Assembly (NCBI RefSeq): GCF_006345805.1
Contig: NC_043005.1
Location: 55,366,001-55,430,000, forward strand
DNA from: Octopus sinensis
Lineage: Eukaryota
Length of the DNA stretch: 64,000 bases
Direction of reading: 5' to 3'
This document shows, in pieces, positions 12,646 to 25,646 of the stretch. The notes under the pieces are model-generated. The model saw nothing but the letters and a program-made list of their open reading frames with translations, ran no database searches and had not been told where the DNA came from. The position numbers and the translations under genes are program-made. Each line of letters opens with the position of its first letter. Position 1 is the stretch's first letter.

Positions 12646-13624
12646 AAAAGCAGGCCATTGGACACTTAATAAACCATGGACATCTTGGTTAAGTCTGCTT
12701 GACATCAAATTATTGTAATGTTGGTTATCTCATCTGTGTTTTTCCTTTTTGTCTTCTTCTTTACAAGCATCTCTTGTTTAAACGTTATCTGCTCAAAAGA
12801 CAACTGCCAAACAGTCTTGTTATCAGCTTGATAAATGGCAGAATAAATTATTATTTCAACCAGGAAACCCTGGGTAGCTGTATTTACAAGCTTTGTGTTT
12901 TTTTTATTATAAGATCATTTATACATATACATGTATATACTTATATTTGTATATCCATTTATATACGTGTGTGTGTATGTGTGTGTTTATGTGTGTGTAT
13001 GCATGCATATAATTTAAAAATGGGCTGAAAAGCACAATACATTACCAAATGCTTGGTAAATGGTCCCACACTCCACTTCTTTACTCCATGTGGTTTGTCA
13101 ATAATTATCATTCATCCTAAGCTAAGCATATGGAGCTGTATTATATATTAATGAGACAAGAGGAAAATTAGACTGACCAGGGCTAGTAGTGGTCAATGTA
13201 GTAGTAATCATAACCACAGTAACAATAACAGTCATTGGCATATACCAGAATGTGAAAGCAAGATAGTAGATTTGTCCTTCTTGAAGTTTGTGTCAAACTA
13301 TATCTAGTATGGCAGACATAGTTTCTAGCCAGTTCTTTTGTAAACAGGTCTGTAAATCAGAATTATTTGCAGGTGGTCCAGCCATGAGCACACATGCACA
13401 TGCACACACAAACACATTCAATACACACACATGTGTTTAAGCACTCATATTCATAGTCTAAGATCTGCACATGCTTCCGTAGTCACTCAGTTGTAGACAT
13501 CTCTATGCACAGGCAAGCATGTTGTATACAAACCTCACCGTTCCAGATACTGCTACATACCTATGCAGGTACACCCTTTCCTTGCAATACTTTCATGGTG
13601 TATGTATATCTGTTAACCTATTTA

Positions 13625-13856
13625 TTTACTACCCACAAGGGACAAACTACCCACAGAGAGGACAAACGAGGACAGACAAATGGATTAAGTTGATTATGTC
13701 GACCCCAGTGCATAACTGGTACTTAATTTATCGACCCCGAAAGAATGAAAGGCAAAGTTGGCCTCATTGGAATTTGAACTCAGAACGTAATACTCAGACG
13801 AAATACTGCTAGGCATTTCGCCTGGCGTGCTAACGATTCTGCCAGCTCGCCACCCT
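13625..13856 (-). mobile_element. SINE family C (tRNA-like head, gactttgcctttcatcctttcggggtcgata domain)
   Basis: Same family as the copies at 53469-53868, 56740 and 58270/58570, and the more decayed copies near 23810, 27580, 29620, 31480, 34270, 43720 and 63850. Confidence 0.8.
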
Positions 13857-14712
13857 CACTTGTATGTGTATGTATATCTTTTAACCTCCACAAGAAGTAA
13901 CTTATCCAAACGCGTTACATAAGCCAATGTAGAACAATGCAGGTGTTCATAGGTACTTCATCTACTGTCATATTAATATCCATAATGTATCCATGTAGGG
14001 AGGTACAACACATGTGTTCAACAGCATTTTCTTCCGATAGCACAGACCTTGGAACAGTTGGTGAGAGAGAGAGAGCGAGAGAGCAAGAGAGAGTGACAGA
14101 AAGAGGGAGAGTGAGAGAAAGTGAGAAATGGGAAAAAAAAAGGGAGAACATCTACTCTCTCTCTCTCTGTACAGCTTCACTGCATCAGTCAATGAATGCC
14201 ACAGGCAGTTTCACTCACTGATACATGACATTTCAGGTTTTGTCGATGTTCATAATCTGGCTAGACACACACAAATGCTGCAGACTTTTTGAATTGCTGT
14301 GACACACTTCATTAGGAAACAAAACTCTACTGCAAACAGGAGAGAAGAACTGGACACACACACACACACACACACAGGCACTAATATATTTAGTATACCC
14401 AAGCACTAAAGATATATGCTTCTGTAAGTCCAATCCCCCAATTAATAATGTATCAGTAGAAGAAGCACACACCAGTCAATCAACCCATCTGATAAAGAGT
14501 TATGAACTTGAAAGTACTTAAAATTCAGCAATAAATCTCATAACAGAAACAGCACTTCCAGTTTGAAATGTAAAATTTTTTTTATTGTTCCTGTATATTG
14601 TTTTGTAACTTTGCTGTCACTCACACATAAATGCACTGACTAACTACTTTCAAAATATTTATATACGTGTGTGTGTGTAAGTATGTGTGTATGTGGCATA
14701 TGTATGTATACA

Positions 14713-14748
<36 letters not shown>

Positions 14749-14943
14749 AAAAGTGATAAACTCTCAATTTATTTCTCAAAGAGAATAGTATCAGACATCA
14801 AATGCCTGTGCTTTCTACTTGTAATCAGTTGTACATATGTGTATATATGTATATGTGTGTGTGCATGTGTGTGTATATATATATATATATATACACATGC
14901 ACACACATACCCAAATACACACATATATATGTATGTGTGTTTG

Positions 14944-14979
<36 letters not shown>

Positions 14980-16015
14980 TATATACACAAACACAGAGAA
15001 TATGGTGCACAGGCAGAGACAAGCAATAATTACAACTATTAACAATGTTTTGTATAATACAAGCTACACTAACGAGGTGGTTTGGTGTAACGTCAGAAAC
15101 AGCATTTGCAGCAGTATTGGGGGTGGTGGTAAGATGATAAAATTTAAGTTTCTCCATTTATGGTAGTCATGGCAACTGGCTAACAACAAAGGACATAACA
15201 TCTGCTGTAGACTTTCGGCAAATAAAGAAAATAACATTTAGTAATTACATTTAAACAACATTGGATGTTGTCTATTCTACGCCCCTTCCACACCTGCTCT
15301 TATGACAGTAATCACCAACCTAAACAATGTTAGAGACAACAACAAAAACAACAACAACAACAACAACAACAGCAGCGGCAAATTGAACTGCAGAATAACA
15401 ACAATAACTTCAGAATTTTAAGTTGCTGTTGTTCTGGTGATTGTTATAACTGCTTCCTGTGAGTCTGTGGTTTTTGACAGTAAAGAACTAATATTGCAGT
15501 CCACAGTTGGGAACTAATCACTAACAGAAATTTTAGTGCCAAAGATCTTTACCAAACGTTACTTCAAACAAGCTTTCAAATGATATTACTGTAGCCTTCA
15601 AAACCTGCACACAGTCACATATGTTTGGTACTTATACAAATATGTACACAGCCCTTACATATGCAGGCAAACACATAGATATATTTATACATTCACTAAC
15701 GGTTTTTTATTTACTATGTTGTATACAGACACTAGTGTTAATTTTTGGAGTCTGATTATGTATCATATGAGCTATATAATAGCAGTATGATGGTGAATTA
15801 GCAGTCATTTGAGCATGGTTTGTGTTCTAACTCATGGAGGCACATGGTTTAGTGGTTAGAGTGTTGATCGTAAGTTTGTGGTTTCAATTCCTGGACTAGA
15901 TGATGTTTGTGTTCTTGAGCAAAACACTTCCTTTCACATTGTTCCAGTCTGCCCAGCAGACGGAAAGAGTAATCCTATGATGGATCAGCATTCCATCCAG
16001 GGAGGAATATAGGAG

Positions 16016-16349
16016 GAGACCCACTTTGGTCATGAATGACTATGGGATTGCACCGAGAAAGTTACTCTCCTAGGCACAAGTCAGGGCAAGATTGTTTGTG
16101 GAAGGCTAGAAGTTGCCCATGCATACCAGCCTCCCCTCTCCACACTACTGATGTTATCCAAGAGAAAGGCAAAGGCTGATACAGCTTGGCACCAGTGATG
16201 TCACAACTCATCTTTACAGCTGAGTTAACTGGAACAACGTGAAATAAAGTGTCTTGCTCAAGAACACAACACACAGCCCGGTCCGGGAATCAAACTCACA
16301 ACCTTACGATCATAAGCTCTACGCTCTAACCACTGAGCCATGCACCTTC
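16016..16349 (-). mobile_element. SINE family B
   Basis: Colinear with 5862-6198. Confidence 0.85.
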
Positions 16350-17365
16350 AGGGAGGAATATATATATGCCAGAGGAACCAGAAAGTGGGAAACCAACCGT
16401 GTGCTCTTTACAGAGTAATGTGGACTAAACTATATGTTCTAACTGTCCTTGCTCTGGGTTCAAATTTCACTAAGGTTAACTTGCCTTTAATCCAGTTTGG
16501 TGGGTTGATAAGTAAAACACCAATGCATGGAAGGATGAAAATCAAAGTTATTGTCAATTGGATTTGAACTCTGTAAAAAAACTAAACCAAATATCGCATG
16601 ACATTTTATTTGACACTTTCACAGTCCTGTTGATTTCACTGCCATCCTTTGGATAAATGATAAAATAAGTACCAGTGATATACGTGGGAGGATTACATAA
16701 ACCACACTTCCTCTCTCACTCAACATTTATTAGCATTTAAAAAAATAGATGTTCTTGCGGTATGTGGCCAAAAGAAATCAATAATAATGTTGAAGAAAAA
16801 AGAACTTGGCCATTGCAAATGAATAGAGACCTTCACTGAAATCAATATGTGTCCAAGCTGTTTTCCTAATGAAAATTCCAGAACTGTTGTGAGCTGGGAA
16901 GTAGGCATGTACCAAGACATACTAACAGACATGAAGCTATAGATTAATTTTCATATAAACAACATGTCAAGAAGAATAAAAAAAACAGAACGTCGAAACT
17001 ACAAGATAAAATTTCAAAAAAAAAAAATGATACGAAAATGAAAAAAAGTTTAAAAAATAAATTTAATTTACAACAAAACTTTGCCAAATTCAAAGAAGAT
17101 ACATAATTATTATTTTTCTGTCAATCTGGTTAGAAAATATTTTTTTCCTTTTATACAAAATAAACCCCCAAATTTAACAAAAATGGAAAGCAAATGGACT
17201 TATTTACTTTTCTCCCACTCACAAACATTCTCAAGTTAGATATTGTGCATAATCATAGTCTATATTATGTATTATTCATTTTTGTAGGTCCTTAAATATC
17301 TCTCAAACTCACTTTTCCCGTTTTCCTTCCTCATGTGAGTGTGTGTATATATATATATATATAAT

Positions 17366-17767
17366 AGACACAGGAGTGGTTGTGTGGTAAGTAGCTTGCT
17401 TACCAACCACATAGTTTCGGGTTCAGTCCAACTGTGTGGCACCTTGGGCAAGTGTCTTCTACTATAGCCTCAGGCCGACCAAAGCCTTTTGAGTGGATTT
17501 AGTAGATGGAAACTGAAAGAAGCCTGTCACATATATATTAAAAAGATGTGTGTGTGTATGTGTTTGTGTATATGTGTTTACCCCACTCCACTATTGCTTG
17601 ACAACCGATACTGGTGTGTTTACATCCCCATAACTTAGTGGTTTGGCAAAAGAGACCGATAGAATAAGTACTAGACTTAGAAAGCATAAGTCCTGGGGTA
17701 GATTTGTTCAATTAAAAGTAGTGTTCCAGCATGGCCAGAGTCAAATGACTGAAACGAGTAAAAGAAT
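17366..17767 (+). mobile_element. SINE family A, full length
   Basis: tRNA-like head caggagtggttgtgtggtaag...gggttcagtcc, internal microsatellite, and 3' body ending tgactgaaacgagtaaaagaat. Confidence 0.85.
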
Positions 17768-17781
17768 TTAAAAATATATAC

Positions 17782-17814
<33 letters not shown>

Positions 17815-18064
17815 TGTATGTGTGTGTATGTCTGTGTGGTGTGTATGTGTATGCATGTATGCATGTGTGTATGTGTGTGTGTATATAGGACCTAAAATGT
17901 TTGTATTGAATAAGTCATTATGGCCTCTTTAAAACATAAATCTACTGCTTGATATTCAGAAAAGTATTCCCCCAACTCATAATTCTTCCTGACTAATTGA
18001 CAAAACATTTATACCAAGTCTTATTTTTTGATGCTTCCCATCGTTACTGTTTGAATTTGTTTAT

Positions 18065-18470
18065 AACGATAGCAACAACAACAACAACAACAACAACAAC
18101 AGCAACAACAATGATGATGATGATGATAAGAGTAATGATAATAAAAGTAATAATAATAACAACAGCAACAACAACAACAACAACAACACAACAACAACAA
18201 CAACAACAATAATAATAATAATAATAATAATGAAGACATTGATGATGATGATGATGATGATGACGACGACGATGAGGATGATGATGATGATGATGATGAT
18301 GATAATAAAGAGGAGGAGGAGAAGAAGGAGAAGAAGGAGAAGAAGAAGTAGAAGAAGAAGGAGGAGGAGGAGGAGGAGAAGAAGAAGAAGGAGGAGAAAA
18401 AAGAAGAAGAAGACGAAGAAGAAGACGAAGAAGAAGAAGAAGAAGAAGAAGAAGAAGAAGGAACAATAAA
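18065..18470. repeat. Compound trinucleotide array (CAA/GAT/TAA/GAG/GAA)
   Basis: Read directly from the sequence. Confidence 0.95.
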
Positions 18471-18578
18471 ATATTGCCGTTTCTCAAAGTCATAAAAGAA
18501 ACTTGAAAATTTCTCCCAAAGGAAGAATTCACATCCTTTTAATAATCACATAAACTTGCATGTATGTATGAGTGTGTG

Positions 18579-18624
<46 letters not shown>

Positions 18625-19058
18625 TGTTTGTGTTTGTGTGTTGGATGACAAAAACTTACCGTTTTGGCAGAATTTCAATTTTTCTGCACCAACTGGGCAA
18701 CTAAGCAAATGGCAAAGGATTAAAAAAAGATGCCATTTACATGGAAACAACTAATAAACCAAAAGTCTGTTGTTGGAGGATATTAAAGAGAAGCCAAAAA
18801 CGAAAAAAACGGAAGAAATGAGCAAAATGAAAGAAAAAACATGCTAACGGCTAAACATTAAAATTTCCTAAATAAAATTCACTCGTCATGATTGTTTTCT
18901 TTCTTTATTTTACCATTTATTTTGTCTTTGCAGATGGTTATTGATGACGTTATAGTGATGATGTCATGTGTGTGTGTGCGTGTGTGTGTATTTGTGTGTG
19001 TGTCTGTGTATGTGTATGTAAATATAATACATGTATATATATATGAAAGAATCCCATC

Positions 19059-19098
<40 letters not shown>

Positions 19099-19360
19099 AT
19101 ATGTATGTGTGTATATATGTATGTGTGTATATATGTTTGTGTGTCTGTGTTTGTCCCCCAACTGATGTTGATGTGTTTAGGTCCCCGTAACTTAGCGGTT
19201 CGCAAAAGAGACAGATAGTATAAGTACTAGGCTTACAAAGAATATATCCTGGGGTTGATTTCTTCGACTAAAGGTGGTGCTCCAGCATGGCCGCAGTCAA
19301 ATGACTGAAATAAGTAAAAGGGTAAAAGAGTGTATATACATACATATACATACATATGCT

Positions 19361-19392
<32 letters not shown>

Positions 19393-19441
19393 TACACATA
19401 TATAAATATATGTATATATGTGTACATACAAACATACACAC

Positions 19442-19520
<79 letters not shown>

Positions 19521-19686
19521 TGCAGACATGCTTGGGTGGTGAAGAAGTTCAGTTCCCAATCAATATGCTTTCAGGTCCAGCCCCATATGTGGTACCTTAA
19601 ACAAGTGATTTTCAACAGTCCTAGATCAACCAAAACCTTGCAAGTAAATTTCAGAGATGGAAACTGAAAGAAGCCTGTACTATGTA

Positions 19687-20182
19687 TCAATATATATAAA
19701 TGACAATTTCTGTCTGTCAGTGCCTAAACCAGTGAACCAATATTCACGAAACTTTGCATACATGTTACACTAACACTTAGTTCAATAATAGGCTAATTGG
19801 AATTCAATAAAAATCTATAACGTATCACCCAGGGGTGTTGGACGAATTATACGATGAAATGAGAAGGTTGCAAAAAGTATTAGTCTGAGGGAAAGGTAAT
19901 AACAGAGAGGGAGTGACTTATATCAGTAAAGACTTATAATATGGTGGCAAGGGGATGTTAGGTTACTACAGCTGTCATATACACGTTATTCTGCATCATA
20001 CGTTTGTAAATACATAAATGCAGCACACACACACACACATACACACACACACACACACAAGCACACACACACTCACACACACAGAAAGGGGTATGTGAGG
20101 AATACGTAGCTTTAAGGAGAGGGGTAGGTAGCTTTTCTGCTTTCCATCACAAAGAAACACTCACACACAGATACACATACAA

Positions 20183-20233
<51 letters not shown>

Positions 20234-20885
20234 CATATATACATACATATGTCTACTATACATCATGGTTACCTGTGTGTACGTTTGTAAATGTGTATGT
20301 GTGTGTATGTGTGTCACATCCTATAACCGTCTGTATCTCTACTTTTGTGGGGTCTTGCTTGTTGCTGTCAGACATTTTGATATTTTAAAATTACGTCAAA
20401 ATTGTTGAATATGCTATATTGAAATAATTTTCCACATTAAATCCAATTTGTCATTTATTTGTTCCAGAAAAGTTGCAGAAAAATGTTACTGAGGTTTAAA
20501 GTTTAATCAATTTTACCTAATCAGTAAACAGGATTTGGAAGCTGACATTTTCTACATGATAGCTGTCTATCACAAAATGAAAGCAAAATCATTAGGAGGA
20601 TGAATTTTTATTAAACAAATGAAAGCAAAGCATTACGACAACCAAAGCTGTATGAACTTCTGAAATTTTAATGAATAACATCATGTGAAAAAGTCGAACA
20701 GGCATGTAAATAATTTAAAATGGAAAAGAATCCTCAACAATGTTTTTTAACAAAAAATTGCACAAATCTGTCCTGATTAAGAGGCCTATTAATCGGGAAG
20801 GCATGCCCTGACATGGAATAAATAAAAATTTATATAAGACATTCTATTGTAAAAATTGCCTGGCAACAATGGACTATTCAGCTAG
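19687..20885 (+). mobile_element. Putative non-autonomous Helitron
   Basis: Starts A|TCAATATATATAAATGACAATTTCTGTCTGTC and ends with a degenerate GC-rich subterminal motif (gcctggcaacaatggac) and CAGCTAG|T. A|T insertion site, no TSD. Confidence 0.6.
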
Positions 20886-20888
20886 TAT

Positions 20889-20924
<36 letters not shown>

Positions 20925-21073
20925 CCCACCAATAAGGCACATCCAGGAGTACATCATACCTAAAGTGTTCAATTGATTGTGAGTAGAATTATTAACACAA
21001 GTGTATAGAATAAACAATAGGCTGAAAACAGCTAACATCTGATATATGATATAAGGGAAGTATGATGACCTTC

Positions 21074-21118
21074 CATTACAAAACGTTTTGTTTCACAGAC
21101 TCTGTCTCTCATCAGACA
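21074..21118 (-). ncRNA. Type I hammerhead ribozyme with a 12-nt palindromic stem III
   Basis: Minus strand: tgt-CTGATGA-gagacagagtctgt-GAAA-caaaacgttttg-TA-atg. The core is intact, the triplet is GUA, and stem I is weak. Confidence 0.65.
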
Positions 21119-21154
21119 TTGTAAAACAATAGAATCTCTGTGATTAGTACTCAC

Positions 21155-21235
21155 AGGAGTTGAATGAACTAATGTGCCAGAAGAAAATGAATGCTTAAAC
21201 CCATTCAGATGAAACTTCTTTGAGTGTAAAACTAC
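21155..21235 (-). CDS. Candidate host-gene exon, 81 nt, phase 0/0 (VVLHSKKFHLNGFKHSFSSGTLVHSTP); product unknown
   Basis: Acceptor actttcag and donor gtgagta. Only one frame is open and it joins the 21711 micro-exon in frame. No homology recognised. Confidence 0.45.
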
Positions 21236-21710
21236 CTGAAAGTTCTCAAATATGGAATTAACTTAAACAACAAGACAGACCATTATATTATCTCTAGGTT
21301 GTTGTAGTATTAAACTTGAGATATTGTAGTGTATCAGGATTTTGGTTTGGTATAATGAAGTGTAGTCTGTTTATTGCTCTACAACAATTCATAAGGCTAG
21401 TGCTTATCTTTGATTCCTGTGTCGTATTTATTTTGACTGGTTCTTCTATATCACTAGACTATAAGAAAGTATAATATCTACTTATAGTATTGTGTTTCTG
21501 ACATTTGATAAACTATCAGATTATTGAAGCACAATGAAGAAGTGTTGAAGACAATTGAATTACTTTTATAAGCACATCTTTCTCAAAAATAAAAGTAATT
21601 TAAACCAAAGAGATGTTGAGGTTAAATTGGAAGCAACTGAAACTGTTGAATTCTGCTGGAGTCTGTGAATGTATAATTCAATAAGAAGTATGAAAATTTT
21701 AATATCTTAC

Positions 21711-21733
21711 AGATATCTTTGGCAAATTCTTAA
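21711..21733 (-). CDS. Candidate 23-nt micro-exon (xKNLPKIS)
   Basis: Strong acceptor cttgttttcttctttttgcttccag and donor gtaaga. Ends in phase 0, compatible with the 81-nt exon. Confidence 0.4.
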
Positions 21734-22719
21734 CTGGAAGCAAAAAGAAGAAAACAAGAAAAGTTTAAAAATGGAAAATGTGGAGAAATATTTTGAGAAT
21801 ATTAAGTTGAAAATCATTGGTAAATGAATTTTATTAAAATTACTGCACTCCAGTACAAAATATATAAAACTATTTTCAAATGATTTAATTGACATTTTTA
21901 GATGAAGAAATTATATCAGATTAAAAAAAGTAACCAAAAACTTCCATAAAATAAAAGTTACAAGAAAAATGATAAAATAAATTACAAGGTAGAGGAAAAG
22001 TCAAATTATTGAAAGTTCTTTAGTACAGAATAAAGTAATTTTTATTTTCTCTGTTCTGCTATAATTAATAATTAATGAAATATTTTCCCAAATGATTAAA
22101 AGTTGAGAGAGATTTTTTTTAAAGTTAATTAAAAAAAAATTAATTTCATTATGATGGCTTCCAACTGCTTTTATAAAAAAAATTTACATTGAAACAAACC
22201 TCCCCTCCCATAGATACGTCTTTATTTAAAGTCAAAACTGTTATAAAATTATATTATTTAATTTATAACCGTTATTCTTCAAAGGAAACCAATGTTGCAA
22301 TAGCAAGAATTATTTTAATTTTAATTGATCTGTTACTTTTATTGAAATATAGTCTCTAAACTGGTTTTGTGGATTGATTATTTCTCTGCTATCCTAACCT
22401 AACCAGCATTTGAAATTGATCTTCAAATCTCTATGTATTTACAAGGCTTTGATTGTAGGACTTATTTGTACAAATTTTCAAATTTTTCAAATATTCTATT
22501 TAACATTTGGTAAATAACAATATCATTAGTACATGGTTTCCAATAACATGATCATTAATTAGTTCACTATTCTGAAGGTGAAAATGACAAGGGAATGTCT
22601 GTGCAATTTGGCAAACTAAATACAACACAAAGTATTTTTATTCCAAAGCACATTTAATAGTTTTAGAGCTATTTTTATATCTTTCATTTATATACTAAAG
22701 TGAAACATATACAGACGTA

Positions 22720-23140
22720 TGTATGCATGTGTATATATGTTATTATCTATGTATGTTTGTATATATGTACGTAAATATGTATGTTTATATGTATGTATTT
22801 ATGTATGTATGTATATTTGTATATATGTTTGTATGTATGTTTGTATATATGTATATATGTTTGTATGTATGTTTGTATGTATGTATGTCTCTTCTATTTT
22901 TTTGATTATTATAAATCTTCCACTGAGGAGAGAGCCAGTTTCCAACAAAGATACAAGGCTCCATCTTGTATGTATGTATGTATGTATGTATGTATGTATG
23001 TATGTATGTATGTATGTATGTACGTACGTACGTACGTACGTATGTATGTATGTATGTATGTATGTATGTATGTATGTATGTATGTATGTACGTACGTATG
23101 TATGTATGTATGTATGAAATACATACATACATATGTATGA
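22720..23140. repeat. (TATG)n tetranucleotide tract with an embedded ~80 bp insert
   Basis: Read directly from the sequence; the insert is at 22888-22967. Confidence 0.9.
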
Positions 23141-23206
23141 AAGCCTTTTGTAAAACTTCCTGCATTATCAGAAACTTTCTGTATTTTCCATTTTTTTCTA
23201 TACACA

Positions 23207-23424
23207 CAAAGGGGTACTGAAAAGCTTCTGGCTTAGAGTAAAAAGATATACAGGAGGATCAGTTAATTATGATTTTATTTAACATATTCCCCCTCTCAGA
23301 TTCAATCACTTATTGTAGTGGTCCCTCAGTTTTTCTAAGCCCTGTAAAAGAACTTGGAAGATTGGACCCCCAACCAGGCCTTTCATGATACTCTTAAATC
23401 CAGAAACTTATCAGCACCTCCTTG
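23207..23424. mobile_element. Tc1/mariner-type MITE
   Basis: Imperfect TIRs caaaggggtactgaaaagcttctgg and (reverse complement of the right end) caaggaggtgctgataagtttctgg, with TA at the right flank; 218 bp, non-coding. Confidence 0.7.
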
Positions 23425-23444
23425 TATGTATATATGGGGAGTGG

Positions 23445-23777
23445 GAGACCCCCTCCGGTCGTGAATGACCATAGGATTGCACCTAGAAAGTTACCCTCCG
23501 AGGTACAAGTCTGGGCAAGATTGTTTATAGAAGGCCAGCAGTCGCCCATGCATACCAGCCTCCCCTCTTCACACCACTGATGTTATCCAAGGGAAAGGCA
23601 AAGGCTGATACAGCTTGGCACCAGTGATGTCGCAACTCATTTCTACAGCTGAGTTAACTGGAGCAACATGAAATAAAATGTCTTGCTCAAGAACACAACA
23701 TGCCGCACGGTCTGGGAATTGAACTCACAACCTATCAATTGTAGCTCGACGCTCTAACCACTGAGCCAAGTGCCTTC
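23445..23777 (-). mobile_element. SINE family B
   Basis: Colinear with 5862-6198. Confidence 0.85.
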
Positions 23778-24338
23778 ACATGTATATATATATATATATA
23801 TATATATCCTTTCTACTATAAGTACAAGGTTTGAAATTTTGGTGTAGCGGGCTTGTCAATTGCATCAACCCTAGTGGTTAGCTGGTACTTGTTTCATCAA
23901 CCTTGAAAGGGATGAAAAGCAAAGTTGACCTTAGCAGAATTTCAACTCAGAATGTAAAAACAGACAAAATGCCCCTAACATGTTGTCCAGTATACCAACA
24001 ATTCTGCCAGTTAGCCAAAGCTACCTTGTCAAATCATGCCGTTTGACAAGGGCCGGTTTCCTGGTTTCATGGCATATAAATTCCCCACCTCAACAGGACA
24101 CTGGTCTGTTGCATGATTATTCATTTTTGCCAGTTAAGTGAACTGGAGTAACAAAAAATGAAGTGTTTTGCTCAAGAACACAACACATTGCCCAGTCTAG
24201 GAATCAAAACCACAATCTTCCTATCATGAGTTCAACACTCTAACCACTAAGCCACGTGCCTGCATGACTTTTCACTTATGGATGTATGTATATATATATT
24301 ATATATATATATATGTGTGTGTGTGTATGCATGCACGT

Positions 24339-24373
<35 letters not shown>

Positions 24374-24984
24374 ACACACACACACACATGGTACTATTAA
24401 GTTAGGAATGGCCTTGGTCAATGATAACCAAAAATCCTATCTAAGTTGTGTGTATGAGTGTGTGTTTATGCATTTGTGTGTGATGGCTGTTTATTTGTGT
24501 CAAAAAAGCATATCACCAACTAAAGTCAGTAATAGAGGCATGGAATTTTATGACCAATATGGCTTGCATCTTCTTTACCCTATTGAAATGATTCAGAGAA
24601 AAGTTGAGGCAAAGAAACTGATTTCAATAAAGATTGTTGGCTTGGAGCTGTGGCAGCATCATGAACATCAGCAGAAGATGAAAATTCTCAAAATGAAGGA
24701 TACCATTCCTTTATACACTGTATTCTATATCAAAGTAATATTGTCTTAGTGACAAGCTTTCAATGAATCTTAAGCGGTATTTCACTCTGGGAGGTCTTAC
24801 AGCATGTGGGGCACCAACCAAGAGTGAGATGTGGTCCTTTGACACATCTAAATGAGCAGCATCCCTAAATAAGGGCTGATCAAACTATGGTAATGTACCC
24901 TGCCCATGCCAGCAAATAAAATAATGATGGTGGCAGCATGTGTGTATGTATGTATGTCTACGTAAATGTATGTGTGTGTGTGTG

Positions 24985-25178
24985 TATCATCATCATCATC
25001 ATCGTTTAACGTCCGTTCTCCATGCTAGCATGGGTTGGACGGTTCAACCGGGGTTCTGGGAAGCCAGAAGGCTGCACCAGGCTCCAGTCTAATCTGGCAA
25101 TGTTTCTACAGCTGGATGCCCTTCCTAACGCCAACCACTCCGTGAGTGTAGTGGGTGCTTTTTACGTGCCACCTGCAC
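24985..25178 (-). mobile_element. RTE 3'-end fragment (family D)
   Basis: Nearly identical to 36638-36838, with a (cat)n tail. Confidence 0.85.
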
Positions 25179-25179
25179 G

Positions 25180-25237
<58 letters not shown>

Positions 25238-25240
<3 letters not shown>

Positions 25241-25646
25241 CACAAGAGTGGTTGTGTGGTAAGAACCTTGCTTCCCAACCACATGGTTCTAGGTTCAATC
25301 CCACTTCATGGCACCTTGGTCAAGTGTCATCTACAATATCCTCAGGCTGACCAAAGTCTTGTGAGTGGATTCGGCAGACAGAAACTGAAAGAATACCATC
25401 GTATATATATGTATGTGTGTATGTGTGTATGTATGTATGTATGTATGTATTTGTCCTCCCACCATCGCCTGACAACCGATGTTGGTGTGTTTACGTCCCT
25501 GTAACTTAGCAGTTTGGCAAAAGAGACCAATAGAATAAGTACTAGGCTTACAAAAAATAAATCCTGGGGTTGACTTGTTTGACTAAAGGCGGTGCTCCAA
25601 CCTGGCTGCAGTCAAATGACTAAAACAAATAAAAGGACAAAAGAAT
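25238..25646 (+). mobile_element. SINE family A, full length
   Basis: Colinear with 17366-17767. Confidence 0.85.

Noticed and set aside
15064-15127. Plus-strand exon candidate with a gtaaga donor (TLTRWFGVTSETAFAAVLGVV)
   Set aside because: Weak acceptor, two frames open, and no recognisable homology or in-frame partner.
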